This document shows positions 25,872 to 35,710 of a stretch of DNA of 64,000 nucleotides, one piece after another. The notes under the pieces are model-generated. The model saw nothing but the letters and a program-made list of their open reading frames with translations. It had not been told where the DNA came from and searched no databases. Within the stretch, counting starts at the first letter, position 1. Every line of letters begins with the position of its first letter. The stretch is from the NCBI GenBank assembly GCA_017411435.1, contig JAFQQD010000027.1:2926-66925 (forward strand), written 5' to 3'. The translations under genes were made by a program, and so were the position numbers. This DNA comes from Clostridia bacterium. GTDB taxonomy: Bacteria > Bacillota > Clostridia > UMGS1883.

Positions 25872-26681
25872 TTAATAAATCTGGAATGAAGTTAAGTATT
25901 TTCCGTCCGAGTTTCTGTATTCAACATAGAATGAGCCAACAGGATAACCGTTTGCTCTTATAAGGTCAAGAGTTTCCTGAATTTCAGCCTTATCTCCGGG
26001 CACAATATTCGCCTTGATATGGTTAAGATTTGCATTATTCACATATGTTCGAGCAGTACCAATCAACATCATAACATTACCTTTAGCTCTGATAATTCTT
26101 TTCCAGTCAGAATTATAGTCAAGACTGTTATGCAGTGATATTGCAAGTTCAGCAACGATATTGGTGTTCAATCCACTTACTGTAAGAGAAATTTCGCGTC
26201 TGCTATCGTCATAAGAAACTGCGCCGAATCTTGAAAGCTCGTTGAAACTGATGATTGTCTGACCATTAATGTTTGAACTTGATACATAGTATCCGTCCAC
26301 ATATGTCTTGATATCAGTATAGAGGATTTTCTTGCGAGTGTTGTTTGAACCTATCTGCCAGAATTTAGGATTAGTGTTCTGAGGATCAATCTGGGAAACA
26401 TAATTGTTGCGAGCTACTGAAAGCGTTCTTGTGTAATCATCATATACAACATCAAAACCATAATACCTCAAATCCTCAACACATATGTATGTATAGCCAT
26501 TCACATTGTAAGATTCAAGCTGATAACCATTAATTGATGCAACAATGTCAGTAGGCTGAGCATAGCCGACTACATCACCAACTCTTGCAGCACCAACTGT
26601 TGTGGGAAGAAGCGAGAGGATGAACATTGTAACGATAACAAGACCAATAAATTTTTTTGTAGTTTTTTTCAAATTTACCAC
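25872..26681 (-). CDS. Secreted protein with two tandem stalk-like repeats
   Basis: Signal peptide; two TDI...NG..S.N.NG.T.I...L..G.V.YDD..R units. Confidence 0.7.
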   Translation of the reverse strand: MVNLKKTTKKFIGLVIVTMFILSLLPTTVGAARVGDVVGYAQPTDIVASINGYQLESYNVNGYTYICVEDLRYYGFDVVYDDYTRTLSVARNNYVSQIDPQNTNPKFWQIGSNNTRKKILYTDIKTYVDGYYVSSSNINGQTIISFNELSRFGAVSYDDSRREISLTVSGLNTNIVAELAISLHNSLDYNSDWKRIIRAKGNVMMLIGTARTYVNNANLNHIKANIVPGDKAEIQETLDLIRANGYPVGSFYVEYRNSDGKYLTSFQIY

Positions 26682-26913
26682 TCCTTTTGTTATATTTTAC
26701 CATAACATATAACAAAAGTAAATAATAGAGTTAAAGAAAAACAAATAATTTTCAAGTGTTTCAGATTAAATCGCATGGATTGTGGGTATCAAAAGCTTGT
26801 GCAAGAATACTGTCTCTTTTTGCGTCAAAGGAACTTTTTTTCCGACAAAGGTTATCAGATTTTGCAGAGAAATATGTGATAAAATCATATCTGAATAATG
26901 AAAGGATGGGGTA

Positions 26914-27270
26914 ATGATGTCAAAGAATTTCTATCTCGGAAAAAATTCGCTGATAGTAAACCTTCGCGGAGAAATTGACCAATATGCAGCAGCACAGTTA
27001 AAATCAAACATTGATATAGAAATAGAAAATTCTCCAAAGAAAAACCTGATATTTGATCTTAAAGAGGTTACTTTGATGGATTCATCAGGAATTGGGCTTA
27101 TTGTAGGAAGATATAAACTTGTAACATCACTGGGAGGAAAAATGATGCTTTGTAATGCATCCGAAAGCGTTTTCAAGATGCTGCGGCTAAGTGGTATACA
27201 AAAGGTCGTAGATATATACGAAACGCTGGCAGACGCAGAAAAATCATTATCAAAGCAGAAAGGTAGATAA
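26914..27270 (+). CDS. spoIIAA: Anti-sigma-F antagonist
   Basis: LRGEIDQY, FDLKEVTLMDSSGIG (phospho-Ser motif). Confidence 0.93.
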   Translation: MMSKNFYLGKNSLIVNLRGEIDQYAAAQLKSNIDIEIENSPKKNLIFDLKEVTLMDSSGIGLIVGRYKLVTSLGGKMMLCNASESVFKMLRLSGIQKVVDIYETLADAEKSLSKQKGR

Positions 27271-27274
27271 AATT

Positions 27275-27688
27275 ATGAATAATTACTTAAAAGCAGAATT
27301 CAGCTCCAAATCAATAAACGAAAGCCTTGCAAGAATTATAGTGTCGGGATTTATAATGTCGCTTGACCCAACGATAGAAGAGCTTTCAGATGTGAAAACA
27401 GCAGTTTCTGAAGCTGTCACAAACTCTATAATACACGGATATGAAGGGAAAGAGGGAAAAGTGATGCTGGAACTCACTCTGGAAGATAGAGAACTGACTG
27501 TAAAAGTATGCGACCATGGTATAGGAATACTTGATATAGAACAGGCGAGAGAGCCACTTTATACATCAAAGCCCGAATGTGACAGAAGCGGGATGGGTTT
27601 TACCGTTATGGAGAGTTTCATGGACTCTTTACATATCGTCAGCGAGCAGGGGCAGGGAACGACTGTAATTATGACAAAAAAGCTTTAA
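27275..27688 (+). CDS. spoIIAB: Anti-sigma-F factor
   Basis: TAVSEAVTNSIIHGY, DHGIGI, SGMGFTVMESFMD. Confidence 0.95.
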   Translation: MNNYLKAEFSSKSINESLARIIVSGFIMSLDPTIEELSDVKTAVSEAVTNSIIHGYEGKEGKVMLELTLEDRELTVKVCDHGIGILDIEQAREPLYTSKPECDRSGMGFTVMESFMDSLHIVSEQGQGTTVIMTKKL

Positions 27689-27701
27689 TAGGTGTAAAAA
27701 T

Positions 27702-28421
27702 ATGAAAGAAGAAAACTATCGCCTTATAAAACTTGCGCAAAGCGGTGATAAATCGGCACTGGAGGAACTAACTCTCAAAAACAGCGGACTTATATGGGCT
27801 TCAGTAAGAAAATTTTCAGGCAGAGGTGTGGATATCGATGATTTGTTTCAAATCGGAGCAATAGGCCTTATAAAAGCAATAAACAAATTTGATACTTCAT
27901 TTAATGTAGAATTTTCAACATATGCAGTTCCTATGATATTAGGGGAAATAAGACGGTTTTTGCGCGATGACGGAATTATAAAGGTAAGTCGTAATCTCAA
28001 AGAAATTGCAGCATCGGCAAAGAATGCCGCGGAGAAAATTTATCTCAAAGAGGGGAGAGAGGCAACCGTGTTCGAGATTGCGCAGGAAATTAATTGTTCC
28101 GTAAGCGATGTAACCTTGTCTCTTGAAGCAACCCAACCCACAGAGTCTATATACCGAAGTATTCACGATGGGGAAAATTCACAGATACTTCTTATAGATA
28201 AAATTAATTCTGACACAGACAAGGAAGAGAACCTTTTGACCAGTATGGCGCTAAGACAAGCAATAGATACTTTACCCTCGAGAGAAAGACAAATTTTGTT
28301 GCTTCGTTATTACAAAGAAAAGACACAAAGTGAGGTAGCGAAAATAATGGGGGTAAGTCAGGTTCAAATTTCAAGAATTGAGAAAAAACTCCTCGGAATT
28401 CTTCGTAAAAAAATAGGATAA
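27702..28421 (+). CDS. sigF: Sporulation sigma factor F
   Basis: DDLFQIGAIGLIKA, FSTYAVPMI.GEIRRFLRDDG, TQSEVA..GVSQVQISR; third gene of the spoIIA operon. Confidence 0.92.
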   Translation: MKEENYRLIKLAQSGDKSALEELTLKNSGLIWASVRKFSGRGVDIDDLFQIGAIGLIKAINKFDTSFNVEFSTYAVPMILGEIRRFLRDDGIIKVSRNLKEIAASAKNAAEKIYLKEGREATVFEIAQEINCSVSDVTLSLEATQPTESIYRSIHDGENSQILLIDKINSDTDKEENLLTSMALRQAIDTLPSRERQILLLRYYKEKTQSEVAKIMGVSQVQISRIEKKLLGILRKKIG

Positions 28422-28458
28422 AAGGCCTTTTAATTTGAAATTTTCTGCACTATAATCA

Positions 28459-28487
28459 TTGACACCATACCCGTAAAGTGATATTAT
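28459..28487 (+). promoter_or_regulatory. Sigma-A promoter of kdgK-eda
   Basis: TTGACA, 17 bp, TGaTATTAT. Confidence 0.7.
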
Positions 28488-28541
28488 ATAGATAATTGGG
28501 AAATTAGGCAAAAATTTCAAAACAAAAAGGAGTCGTTACAA

Positions 28542-29573
28542 ATGGCAAAAATAGTTACAATGGGAGAGATAATGCTTCGCTTATCAACTCCCAACAACGA
28601 AAGATTCATTCAGGCAGACGAGTTTGATGTGTGTTATGGCGGCGGTGAAGCCAATGTTGCAGTTTCACTTGCAAATTACGGTCATGATGCTGAATTCGTT
28701 ACAAAAGTTCCTGCAAATCCCATCGGCGAATGTGCAGTTGCTGCTCTTCGCAAGATGAATGTTAAAACTGACAACATTGCTCGCGGAGGAGAAAGACTTG
28801 GTATCTATTTCCTTGAAACGGGTGCCTCAATGCGTGCTTCCAATGTTGTATATGACAGAGCTCACTCTTCAATTTCTACTGCAGTTGCAGAAGATTTTGA
28901 TTTTGATAAAATCTTTGACGGTTGCGACTGGTTCCACTTCACAGGAATCACTCCCGCAGTTTCTGACCAGGCTGCAGAGCTTACTGAAATCGCACTTAAG
29001 GCTGCAAAGACTAAGGGCGTAAAGGTTTCTTGTGACCTTAACTTCAGAAAGAAACTCTGGTCAAGCGAGAAGGCTCAGCGCGTTATGTCTAACCTTATGC
29101 AGTATGTTGATGTATGTATCGGCAATGAAGAAGATGCTGAAAAGGTTCTTGGCTTCAAGCCCGGCGAAACAGATGTTACTAGCGGTGAACTTGAACTTGC
29201 AGGTTACAAGAGTATTTTTGAACAGATGGTTGAAAAGTTTAACTTCGAATATGTTATTTCTTCACTTCGTGTTTCTCACTCTGCTTCAGATAACGGTTGG
29301 TCTGCTTGTATTTATTCGAGAGATACTAAAGAATTTTACCATTCAAGAGAATATCGAATTGCTCCTATCGTTGACCGCGTAGGTGGTGGCGACAGTTTTG
29401 CAGGCGGTACAATCTGTGGTTTCCTCGATGGAAAGAACTTCAAGGAAGCACTTGAGTTCGGTGTTGCTGCATCTGCTCTTAAGCACACAATCCCCGGAGA
29501 TATGAACCTTGTTACACGCGCAGAGGTTGATAACCTTGTTGGCGGTGACGGAAGCGGCCGTGTACAGAGATAA
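28542..29573 (+). CDS. kdgK: 2-keto-3-deoxygluconate kinase (PfkB family)
   Basis: GEIMLRLS, GGGEANVA, DLNFRKKLW, DRVGGGDSF. Confidence 0.92.
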   Translation: MAKIVTMGEIMLRLSTPNNERFIQADEFDVCYGGGEANVAVSLANYGHDAEFVTKVPANPIGECAVAALRKMNVKTDNIARGGERLGIYFLETGASMRASNVVYDRAHSSISTAVAEDFDFDKIFDGCDWFHFTGITPAVSDQAAELTEIALKAAKTKGVKVSCDLNFRKKLWSSEKAQRVMSNLMQYVDVCIGNEEDAEKVLGFKPGETDVTSGELELAGYKSIFEQMVEKFNFEYVISSLRVSHSASDNGWSACIYSRDTKEFYHSREYRIAPIVDRVGGGDSFAGGTICGFLDGKNFKEALEFGVAASALKHTIPGDMNLVTRAEVDNLVGGDGSGRVQR

Positions 29574-29593
29574 CTTTTGAAAGGAAGATAAAA

Positions 29594-30553
29594 ATGTTAA
29601 AGGAAATTTACAATATCGGTGTTATTCCGGTAATCAAGATTAATGATGCATCTAAAGCTGTTCCGCTTGCAAAGGCTCTTATTGACGGCGGTCTTCCTGC
29701 TGCAGAAGTTACATTCAGAACTGATGCTGCTGAAGATGCAATCCGCGCTATCTCAAAGGCATATCCTGATATGCTTGTAGGCGCAGGAACGGTACTTACA
29801 ATCGAACAGGCTCAGCGCGCGCTTAATGCAGGCGCAAAGTTTATCGTTAGCCCCGGATTCAACCCCAAGGTTGTTCAGTGGTGCCTTGACAACAATGTAA
29901 CTCCGCTTCCCGGATGTACTACACCTTCTGAAATTGAGCAGGCTCTTGAGCTTGGTCTTAAGGTTGTAAAATTCTTCCCTGCAGAGCAGAGTGGCGGTCT
30001 TGACAAGATTAAGGCTATGTCAGCTCCTTACGGAAATGTTAAGTTTATGCCCACAGGCGGTGTAAGCCTCGACAATGTTAATAACTACCTTAATTGCAAC
30101 AAGATTGTTGCTTGTGGCGGAAGCTTTATGGTTAAGGAAAACTTCATCGATAACGACCAGTGGGATGAAATCACCGCACTTACAAAGAAGTCTGTAGATA
30201 CAATCCTCGGTCTTGAAATTGCTCATATAGGTATCAATAGCGAAAACGAAGAAGATGCAATGAAGACAGCAAATATGCTTTCACTTCTTCTCGGTAAGCC
30301 TGTTGAAAAGGATACTCCCAAGAGCGCATTCGTAACAACTGAATTTGAAGTTATGAAGTCTAAGGGCCCTGGAAAGTGCGGACACATTGCAGTTTATACA
30401 AACAATGTTGAGCGTGCAATCTATCATCTTGGCGCGCGCGGCGTTAAGTTCAACGAAGAAAGCGCAACATACAACGCTGACGGCACAAGAAAGTTCATCT
30501 ATCTTGCAGAAGAATACGGCGGATTTGGTATCCACCTTATGCAGAAAAAGTAA
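29594..30553 (+). CDS. eda: KDPG/KHG aldolase with ~110-aa C-terminal extension
   Basis: EVTFRT, GAGTVL, KFFPAE and FMPTGGV; extra HIGIN...GHIAV...GFGIHL domain. Confidence 0.92.
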   Translation: MLKEIYNIGVIPVIKINDASKAVPLAKALIDGGLPAAEVTFRTDAAEDAIRAISKAYPDMLVGAGTVLTIEQAQRALNAGAKFIVSPGFNPKVVQWCLDNNVTPLPGCTTPSEIEQALELGLKVVKFFPAEQSGGLDKIKAMSAPYGNVKFMPTGGVSLDNVNNYLNCNKIVACGGSFMVKENFIDNDQWDEITALTKKSVDTILGLEIAHIGINSENEEDAMKTANMLSLLLGKPVEKDTPKSAFVTTEFEVMKSKGPGKCGHIAVYTNNVERAIYHLGARGVKFNEESATYNADGTRKFIYLAEEYGGFGIHLMQKK

Positions 30554-30602
30554 TTAAATGAAAAAAACACCCTTACCAAATCGGTAGGGGTGTTTTTTGG
30601 CT

Positions 30603-31190
30603 TTATTTATTCATATTTGCGCTATAGCATCTTTTATCTGACATATCCTGAACACTGCGAAGAGCTTCACCAAATCTCTGAAAATGCACTATTTCGCGTG
30701 CACGGAGGAACTTAATCGGTTCGATAACATCAGGGTCATCTGCAAGACGCAGAATGTTATCATAGGTGGCACGGGCTTTCTGTTCTGCTGCAAGGTCTTC
30801 TGTAAGGTCGGCAATAACATCAGCCTTTGACTGAATATATGCTGCGCTCCAAGGAACACCTGCTGCAGAGGCAGGGTAGATGCCGGTGTTATGGTCAACA
30901 AAGTATTTATCAAATCCTGACGCCTTAATTTCTTCCGTTGAAAGGTTGCGGGTAAGTTGATAAACAATTGTACCTATCATTTCAAGATGGGCAAGTTCTT
31001 CCGTACCAATGTCGTTAAGAGTTGCCTTAGTTATTTCGTTAGGCATGCTAAATCTCTGACTGAGGTAGCGGAGGGATGCGCCTAATTCACCATCAGGACC
31101 ACCGTACTGACTGAGGATGACCTGTGCCATTTTAGGGTCCGGGTTTTTAATTTTTACCGGAAACTGTAACTTTTTTTCATAAATCCACAT
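30603..31190 (-). CDS. cotJC: Mn-catalase-like spore coat protein
   Basis: MWIYEKKLQFPV, QYGGPDGEL.ASLRY, TEELAHLE, REIVHFQRFGE. Confidence 0.94.
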   Translation of the reverse strand: MWIYEKKLQFPVKIKNPDPKMAQVILSQYGGPDGELGASLRYLSQRFSMPNEITKATLNDIGTEELAHLEMIGTIVYQLTRNLSTEEIKASGFDKYFVDHNTGIYPASAAGVPWSAAYIQSKADVIADLTEDLAAEQKARATYDNILRLADDPDVIEPIKFLRAREIVHFQRFGEALRSVQDMSDKRCYSANMNK

Positions 31191-31193
31191 AAC

Positions 31194-31457
31194 TTAACTC
31201 CTTTCTTTTTCCCATGTCCAAGGATTTTTCGACCATTGCCACGGTGTTTTTCCTGAAGAACGAGTTGCTGTAAGCGGACCGTATTTTTCTTCAAATTCGT
31301 GTCTTAATTCGTCTGCTTCTCTGACTGTATTTTTGTAGAGTGTCAATGCGCGCTCGCACATTGGATGAGTGTTAAGATAAAGTCCAAGGTCAAGCGCAAA
31401 GAAATCGGCTTCCTGAATTTTTCGAAGAAGCGCCTGGCGTGAATTATTTTCCATCAT
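31194..31457 (-). CDS. cotJB: Spore coat protein CotJB
   Basis: DLGLYLNTHP, YGPL, WQWSKNPWTWE. Confidence 0.9.
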   Translation of the reverse strand: MMENNSRQALLRKIQEADFFALDLGLYLNTHPMCERALTLYKNTVREADELRHEFEEKYGPLTATRSSGKTPWQWSKNPWTWEKERS

Positions 31458-31681
31458 ATTTCTTTCACACCTGCCTTAGTTGAAAATTCTTTTCCATATA
31501 CTCCGTAGGGCTTATTAAGTCCGGGGAATACAGTACCTACACAGAGTGCTTTTTCCTTGCTGTAAGGGGTTTCATAGCGCTGATAGGGGACATAGCTATA
31601 TGCAAGGGGCAAATCGTTGCACCTGTCGCAATCATACGAGACCATATGGGGAATAAACTCAATATCAAGTAAATCCTTCAT
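31454..31681 (-). CDS. cotJA: Spore coat protein CotJA
   Basis: PLAYSYVPYQ...AL.VGTVFPGL.KP. Confidence 0.85.
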   Translation of the reverse strand: MKDLLDIEFIPHMVSYDCDRCNDLPLAYSYVPYQRYETPYSKEKALCVGTVFPGLNKPYGVYGKEFSTKAGVKEI

Positions 31682-31764
31682 AAGAATTACCTTCCTTTCT
31701 GAATCGTTAAAGCGGGAATTTTCTTCCCAATATTCATTTTATTCCCCGATATTAATTTTGTGAT

Positions 31765-32895
31765 TTAGGCTTGGAGTAATCCTTTCAACATATAGATAAA
31801 ATAGTCTCCCGATCCTTTTCGTTTAATAGTACGGTCGGAGACCAAATTTGTTTTCGTAATTGTTTCTCCATCAAGGGTAACTATCATTTCGCCAATTATA
31901 TCGCCTTTTTTTATGGGTGCGGTTATGTTTTTGTGCAAGTTTATATGAGTTTTTATTCGCTCTTTATCTTCTTTTTCAATTACAACCGAAGTATCGGAAT
32001 GGGTGAGAGCAAGCACGCTAGTGCTTTTTCCGTAAAGTACAGGAACTTTACACACCGAGGAACCTTTTTCACCAAAATTGTTTACTGCAAAATTAGAAAA
32101 TCCGTAGTTCAGAAGTTCGCTTGCTGCTGCAAAGCGGTCCTTGCTTGAGGGAGCTCCCATGACAACCGCTATAAGCTGCATTCCGTCTCTTTTTGCAGTT
32201 GCGCTTATACAGCATCCTGCACCACTTGTAGAACCCGTTTTAAGCCCGTTTGCGCCTTGATAGAAACGAATTAATTTATTCGTATTTGCAAGTTGGAATT
32301 TGCCTCCACGAAGCGTATCCATCCAGATGGTTGTATACTTTTCAATCATTTTATGCTTCAGAAGTTCGCGACTCATTATAGCTATGTCATAGGCACTTGT
32401 ATGATGATTTTCAGCATCTAATCCATTGCAGTTAACAAAATTTGTATCCTTCATACCAAGTTCTCTTGCACGAGAATTCATTTTATCAACAAACGATTCG
32501 ACACTTCCGCACATATGTTCCGCTACTGCTACAGATGCATCATTTGCACTTGCTACAGCAATTCCTTTTAACATATCGTTAAGTGACATAACCTCATTCG
32601 TATCAAGAAAAATTGTGCTTCCGCCCATGCTTTTTGCACGCTCACTTGCTGTAATCTGAGTATCAAGTGTAATTTCGCCTCGTTCAAGAGCTTCACAAAT
32701 AAGAAGCATCGTCATAATTTTTGTAACGCTTGCCGGTGGTAGAGATTCATGTGGGTTATTCTCATAAAGTATTTTTCCACTGCTTGCTTCCATCAAAAGC
32801 AAGGATTTTGCAACTGCGGATGTTTTCCATTCGGCAAATGTGCATAACGGAAACATCAATATAAAAACAAGAGAAAGCGAAATTAGTTTTTTCAT
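31765..32895 (-). CDS. dacF: D-alanyl-D-alanine carboxypeptidase (DacF-like)
   Basis: PASVTKIMT (SxxK), SAN, LKTG and NTNKLIRFY.G. Confidence 0.85.
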   Translation of the reverse strand: MKKLISLSLVFILMFPLCTFAEWKTSAVAKSLLLMEASSGKILYENNPHESLPPASVTKIMTMLLICEALERGEITLDTQITASERAKSMGGSTIFLDTNEVMSLNDMLKGIAVASANDASVAVAEHMCGSVESFVDKMNSRARELGMKDTNFVNCNGLDAENHHTSAYDIAIMSRELLKHKMIEKYTTIWMDTLRGGKFQLANTNKLIRFYQGANGLKTGSTSGAGCCISATAKRDGMQLIAVVMGAPSSKDRFAAASELLNYGFSNFAVNNFGEKGSSVCKVPVLYGKSTSVLALTHSDTSVVIEKEDKERIKTHINLHKNITAPIKKGDIIGEMIVTLDGETITKTNLVSDRTIKRKGSGDYFIYMLKGLLQA

Positions 32896-32924
32896 ATTTA
32901 TATACTCCTTACATTTTATATACT

Positions 32925-32953
32925 AGAATATGCCTTAAAATCATCAGTTATTC
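32925..32953 (-). promoter_or_regulatory. Possible sporulation sigma (E/F/G-type) promoter
   Basis: GAATA-N16-CATATTCT upstream of dacF-cotJ. Confidence 0.35.
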
Positions 32954-32998
32954 CGTTATATTGACAACAGGCATGGGTTGTGATATTCTTTACTATAA

Positions 32999-33679
32999 AT
33001 GAAAGGGGTGATTACGATTAACGGAATTTGTTATATTTTTGCTGCATGCAAAGAAAATTCAGAAGAAATTCTTATTTTTCCAAGCAAAAGAGATATAATT
33101 ATTGCCGCGGACGGCGGTTATGACATATTAACGGAGAAAGGCATAATTCCGGATGTTGTAATCGGGGACTTTGACTCTATTGAAGGAAATTTAACACATG
33201 AAAATATCATAAAACATCCTGTCGAAAAGGATGATACTGATACATTTCTTGCTTGCAAGCTTGGCTTTGAGAAAAATTTCAACAATTTTGTGATACTCGG
33301 TGGTGTTGGAGGAAGAATCGACCATACAATTGCCAACATCCAGGCTCTTTTGTGGGCAGCAAAAAGGGGAGGGAGAGCATTTTTGATTGGTAATGATGTC
33401 GTTATGACAGTAATTTTCAACCAAAACATCGCATTTTCTGCTGATTTTAATGGGAAAATAAGCGTTTTTGCTCAGGAAAAAAGCGCAAATGCCGTATCGA
33501 TTAAAGGTCTTAAATATAATGCTGAAAAAATAACCCTTGCTCCTGAATTTCCTCTTGGTGTAAGTAATGAGTTTGTAGGAGAGAGGGCGGAAATTTCTGT
33601 TGAAAACGGCGCACTTTTGATTGTGTGGGAACAGAAATTCAAAGATTTTATTGAAAAAATAAATGATTTTATAATATAA
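32999..33679 (+). CDS. thiN: Thiamine pyrophosphokinase
   Basis: IAADGG, GDFDS, EKDDTDT, GGRIDH, PLGVSNE; start codon uncertain. Confidence 0.92.
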   Translation: MKGVITINGICYIFAACKENSEEILIFPSKRDIIIAADGGYDILTEKGIIPDVVIGDFDSIEGNLTHENIIKHPVEKDDTDTFLACKLGFEKNFNNFVILGGVGGRIDHTIANIQALLWAAKRGGRAFLIGNDVVMTVIFNQNIAFSADFNGKISVFAQEKSANAVSIKGLKYNAEKITLAPEFPLGVSNEFVGERAEISVENGALLIVWEQKFKDFIEKINDFII

Positions 33680-33749
33680 AAAAACGAGGGCAACCCCTCG
33701 TTTTTACCGTATAGGAAATTGTGTGTGTTTTTATCGCGACCAATCTTTT

Positions 33750-34721
33750 TTATTCAGGCTTAATTTTAGATAACGGATTTTTGTCAACTGCTTTCCTGAG
33801 CTGTTCTTCATCGATGTGCGTATAAATCTGGGTTGTTGATAAGTGCTCATGCCCCAAAATTTCCTGCAAAGCACGAACATCTACATTCCCGTATTTATAC
33901 ATCAATGTAGCGGCTGTGTGTCTTAATTTATGCGGAGAATAGATGTTAGAATCAAGCCCTGCGCGCTCTATATTCTTTTTAATCATTCTATACACCATAT
34001 TATTTGATATACGCGTTTTTTGTTTACTTAAAAAGAGTGCTCTTCGGTCTTTTACAGCATCCTTCGGGCGAACTTCCATATATGATTGTATAGCTCGCTG
34101 ACAAGCTTCATTAAGGTATACCGTGCGTTGTTTGTTGCCTTTACCGGTAACGGTAAGACTGTCTCCGTGTATATCAGAGATATTAATTCCTACTAATTCA
34201 CTGAGACGCATTCCGCAATTAAGAAATAGCGTAATAATACAATAATCTCTTATTTTGAACTCGCCATCAACATTTTCCAATAATTGTAAACTCTCATCCA
34301 GGGAAAGAAAAACAGGTAATTTTGAAGGAATTTTAGGCGAGTCAAGCTCTTTTGTAATATTGATATCGAGAAGATGTGCCTTGCTGGACATATAATTGAA
34401 AAAGCTCTTCAACGAAGAAACCTTTCTGGCGCGAGCATTTGCGCTATTATCACGGTCGCTGTTAGCATACATTAAATATTCATACAAATCATCAAGGGAT
34501 ATATCTTTGATAAAATCTGTATCAATATCACTACAATCAATTTTTTCAAAATCATCATACGATTCAAGTAATCTGTGACATTTCATAAAACGGAAGAATG
34601 TACGAAGGTCATAGTAATATTCATTAATTGTGGTATCAGATTTTCCTTTAATATTTGAAAGGTAACTTAAAAAATTCCTGACATCACGGGGAACATCAAT
34701 ATAATGTCTTAAATCAGCCAT
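33750..34721 (-). CDS. xerC: Chromosomal XerC/XerD-family recombinase
   Basis: RKVSSLKSFF, RDYCIITLFLNCGMRLSEL, GKGNKQR, SPHKLRHTAAT, LGHEHLSTTQIYTH; host-like composition. Confidence 0.85.
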   Translation of the reverse strand: MADLRHYIDVPRDVRNFLSYLSNIKGKSDTTINEYYYDLRTFFRFMKCHRLLESYDDFEKIDCSDIDTDFIKDISLDDLYEYLMYANSDRDNSANARARKVSSLKSFFNYMSSKAHLLDINITKELDSPKIPSKLPVFLSLDESLQLLENVDGEFKIRDYCIITLFLNCGMRLSELVGINISDIHGDSLTVTGKGNKQRTVYLNEACQRAIQSYMEVRPKDAVKDRRALFLSKQKTRISNNMVYRMIKKNIERAGLDSNIYSPHKLRHTAATLMYKYGNVDVRALQEILGHEHLSTTQIYTHIDEEQLRKAVDKNPLSKIKPE

Positions 34722-34966
34722 TAAAAATCCTCCTTTTGTTAAATCCCTATATAATGGGGTTTTTCTCGATAATCTCCCTATCGCCAATTCAACAAAATTT
34801 TTATTTTGTTGAATTGTATATATTTTATCACAGCACCTTCCCTTTGTCAAGTTATATATATTATAATAGCCAACAACTGATAAAAAAGAAGCATGCCGAA
34901 CTTAAAACCAACAAAATTTCTTATACAATAAAAAGAACGAGTGAAATTACTCGTTCTTTTTAATTA

Positions 34967-35692
34967 TTATTCATCCCAGTTATGATAAACATTCTGCACA
35001 TCATCGTTGTCATCTAACATATCAATAAGTTTATTCATATTCTTCAAGTCTTCCTCATCAGTAAGTTCTACAGTTGTCTGAGGAATCATCTGTATTTCTG
35101 CAGTCAGGAAACTGTATCCCCTCTCCTCCAAAGCTTCGCGTACAGCTGAAAAATTTTCAGGAGCTGTGAGAACTTCATAAATACCATCTTCTGAAGAAAA
35201 GTCATCTGCGCCAGAGTCTAGCGCATCCATCATAACAGCATCTTCATCAGGAAGTTCTTCTGCAGAAATCAAAAGGACGCCTTTTTTGTCAAACATATAG
35301 CTTACGCATCCTGTTTGGCCAAGGTTTCCACCATATTTATCAAAATAATGTCGCATATCTGCTGCAGTACGGTTTCTGTTGTTTGTAAGAGTCTCAACAA
35401 TTACTGCAACGCCGCTTGGACCGTAACCTTCATATGTAATTTCTTCATAATCATTTCCGCCCGTTTCGCCTGCTGCCTTTGCAATACAACGCTGAATATT
35501 ATCGTTAGGCATATTGTTTGAACGCGCTTTAGCTATAGCATCACGAAGTTTTCCGTTACTGTCTGGATTGGGGCCTCCAGCCTTTACAATTACAGCTATT
35601 TCTCTGCCGAGCTTTGTGAAAATCTTAGCGCGCTGTGCGTCTGATTTTTCTTTTTTATTTTTTATGTTATTCCATTTGGAATGTCCGGACAT
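34967..35692 (-). CDS. yebC: YebC/PmpR-family protein
   Basis: MSGHSKWNNIK, YEGYGPSG, DDNDDVQNVYHN. Confidence 0.96.
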   Translation of the reverse strand: MSGHSKWNNIKNKKEKSDAQRAKIFTKLGREIAVIVKAGGPNPDSNGKLRDAIAKARSNNMPNDNIQRCIAKAAGETGGNDYEEITYEGYGPSGVAVIVETLTNNRNRTAADMRHYFDKYGGNLGQTGCVSYMFDKKGVLLISAEELPDEDAVMMDALDSGADDFSSEDGIYEVLTAPENFSAVREALEERGYSFLTAEIQMIPQTTVELTDEEDLKNMNKLIDMLDDNDDVQNVYHNWDE

Positions 35693-35710
35693 AATTACAC
35701 CTCTGTCAAA

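Noticed and set aside
26800-26900. Spo0A boxes and sigma-H promoter before spoIIA (and boxes before spoIIGA)
   Set aside because: Only 6/7 matches with ambiguous spacing; expected biologically but not supportable from sequence alone
33750-34721. XerC-like gene as a mobile-element integrase
   Set aside because: Host-like composition with many CG; housekeeping neighbours; canonical Xer motifs; no att or xis
34840-34872. dif site near xerC (..TATATA TTATA..)
   Set aside because: Only the centre resembles the Firmicute dif; the arms do not match, and the region overlaps a plausible sigma-A promoter
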